Assembly: GCA_003990765.1 (NCBI GenBank)
Contig: RBNJ01000227.1
Coordinates: 1-36,192 of the forward strand
Source of the DNA: Jimgerdemannia flammicorona
Lineage: Eukaryota
Direction of reading: 5' to 3'
DNA: 36,192 nt
The position numbers were made by a program, and so were the translations under genes. This document shows, piece after piece, positions 34,501-36,192 of the stretch. Position 1 is the stretch's first letter, and each line of letters starts with the position of its first letter. The notes below the pieces were generated by a model. That model did no database searches and was not told the origin of the DNA. It saw only the letters and a program-made list of their open reading frames with translations.

Positions 34501-35912
34501 ACTATAAGGTGAAAAGAACCCACTCAGCTCTAGTGACCCTAGACCAAAGATCACCCACATCAACAAGCTATAGCTCAAGAAATTGGCCAAGAAATGTTCT
34601 CTCTTTGCCATCTCCATCCACCCATCCAAAGGAGAACCCAAGAACTCTGAAGAAGACTTTTCCAAAGTCAACAGCCATGTTAGACCCCTACTCTAGAAAT
34701 TTCGAGACATATTTCTGAAGAAACTCCCAAAAGGCCTACCTCCTAAATGAGCAGTAGACTATGTCATCAAGACTATTCCAGATGCCAAGCCAGTCTTCAA
34801 GTCAATCTACTACATGTCTCTGAGAGAAATTGATATACTCAAGAAAGAAATTAATGAACTCCTAGAACAAGAATTCATTAGACCAAGTGTATTACCATAT
34901 AGTGCACCAGTTCTCTTTGTTGTAAAGAAAGGAGGAGACCTTTGAATATGTATTGATTACTATGACCTCAATGAACAGACCATTAAGAACTGTTATCCAC
35001 TACCCAGAATCAATGAAATATTCAATAGACTTACTAACCCACAATTCATAAGCTCTTTTGATCTGTGAAATAGTTACTGGCAAATTGCTATGAAAGAAGA
35101 AGACATCTACAAAACAGCCTTCTGAACTCACTATAGACACTTCAAGTTTCTGGTTATGCCTTTTGGCTTAACTAATGCTCCTACAATCTTCCAGACCCTG
35201 ATGAATACTATTCTGTACCCATATCTGGACAAATTCATTATTGTCTACATCGATGACATTCTAGTCTTCAGCAAAACCCTGGAGGAACATCTCGAACACC
35301 TTAAACTAGTGCTACTGAAACTCCAAGAAAACCAACTCTTTATAAAACTTAGCAAATATGAATTTCTTTTAAAAGAAATTTAATTCCTTGGACACATTGT
35401 CATGCCAAATAGAATCAAAGTAGACCTCAGCAAAATCTCTGCAATCAAAGATTGGCCCAGACTCAAGAAGCTGAAAGACCTCTAGTTATTCCTGGGATTA
35501 GTAAACTATTATAGATAATTTGTTACCAACTTTGCCAAGATTGCTACTGCCCTTACCCAAATGACCAAATATAGCAAGAAAGAAGAACAGCCCTGGACCA
35601 TGAAATAAGAAAAAGACTTCAACAATCTTGTTAACTGGGGACCCAAGCAAGATACTGCCTTTCAAGTACTGAAGGATATCTTGATAACTACTCTAGTACT
35701 TTAAGCAGCAAACCCTGCCCTACCATACAAAGTTACTACTAATGCCTCTGACCTAGCCCTTGGAGCAGTACTCATACAAGAAGAACACCCAGTAGTCTAT
35801 CATTCCTGCAAGTTCAATGATACTGAAATCAACTATGCAACCTATGAGAAGAAAATGCTAGCCATTGTAGACACTCTGATTAAATAGCAACCATATTTAA
35901 AAGGAGCATATT
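31515..35912 (+). pseudogene. gag-pol: Element C gag-pol: N-extension - capsid - CCHC - dUTPase - CxHG ZF - protease - RT - partial RNase H
   Basis: LPTFNG; NGIRADHLFNALSEWL (B has NGIRANHLFIALPDWL); decayed knuckle 33401-33442; [58 protein letters not shown]. Confidence 0.9.
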
Positions 35913-36192
35913 TTAATATTTGATTTTATATATTCAGCAGAATCCTATTGCTTATCAATTTACCAGAAGAGAGACTAGATTCCAGATATTATTCTTAATA
36001 AATAAATCATATTTCTCATATAGCATTTTTTTACTTCTTTCTATTGTCTGAGTATATGGCTTTATTATAGTATACTGGCTCACCAGTTATTACTATATAG
36101 GTGCACTTATAGATATAGTTTATGTAATATTGTTTACTATTATAATAGAATGTCTTAAGGTCTCAATAATCTCCTAAATTCACTTTGACTTT

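Larger units (their letters stand above)
29426..35912 (+). mobile_element. Ty3/Gypsy element C (relative of B): 5' LTR plus gag-pol, broken off in RNase H
   Basis: Interrupts the element A protease at 29425; LTR, PBS and domains as listed; similarity ends after ...QPYLKG near 35910. Confidence 0.88.

Noticed and set aside
35913..36192. AT-rich sequence after the break in element C
   Set aside because: No recognisable terminus or protein motif; could be another insertion or a deletion junction.

Overview
Eukaryotic, probably fungal, transposon graveyard with no recognisable host gene, RNA gene or CRISPR. It is a nest of decayed retroelements under heavy C->T/G->A mutation: CpG is nearly absent and the oldest parts are TpA-rich. 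Reconstructed layout (letters are my labels): (i) a minus-strand Ty3/Gypsy element A (8638..>29425) carrying three nested insertions: a full-length L1/Tx1-like LINE in its 3' LTR (10059-15932), a complete chromodomain-bearing Ty3/Gypsy element B in its dUTPase gene (19454-28611, TSD ATAGT), and a 3'-truncated relative C in its protease (29426..~35912); (ii) two further family-A pieces (1-583 and 4115-6032); (iii) an older Gypsy relic D, a Copia relic and two MITEs. Main result: A, B and probably C each carry a homologous accessory gene of unknown function (ORF-X, ~275-365 codons, not env-like) with its own TATA box. It lies just before the PPT in B but entirely inside long 1.6-2.1 kb LTRs in A and C. 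All four Gypsy elements also encode a dUTPase (only its first residues survive in D) and a conserved C-x-H-G...C-x2-C zinc-finger-like module, in mirror-image order: PR-ZF-dUTPase in A/D and dUTPase-ZF-PR in B/C. All translations and alignments were done by eye; no database searches were run.
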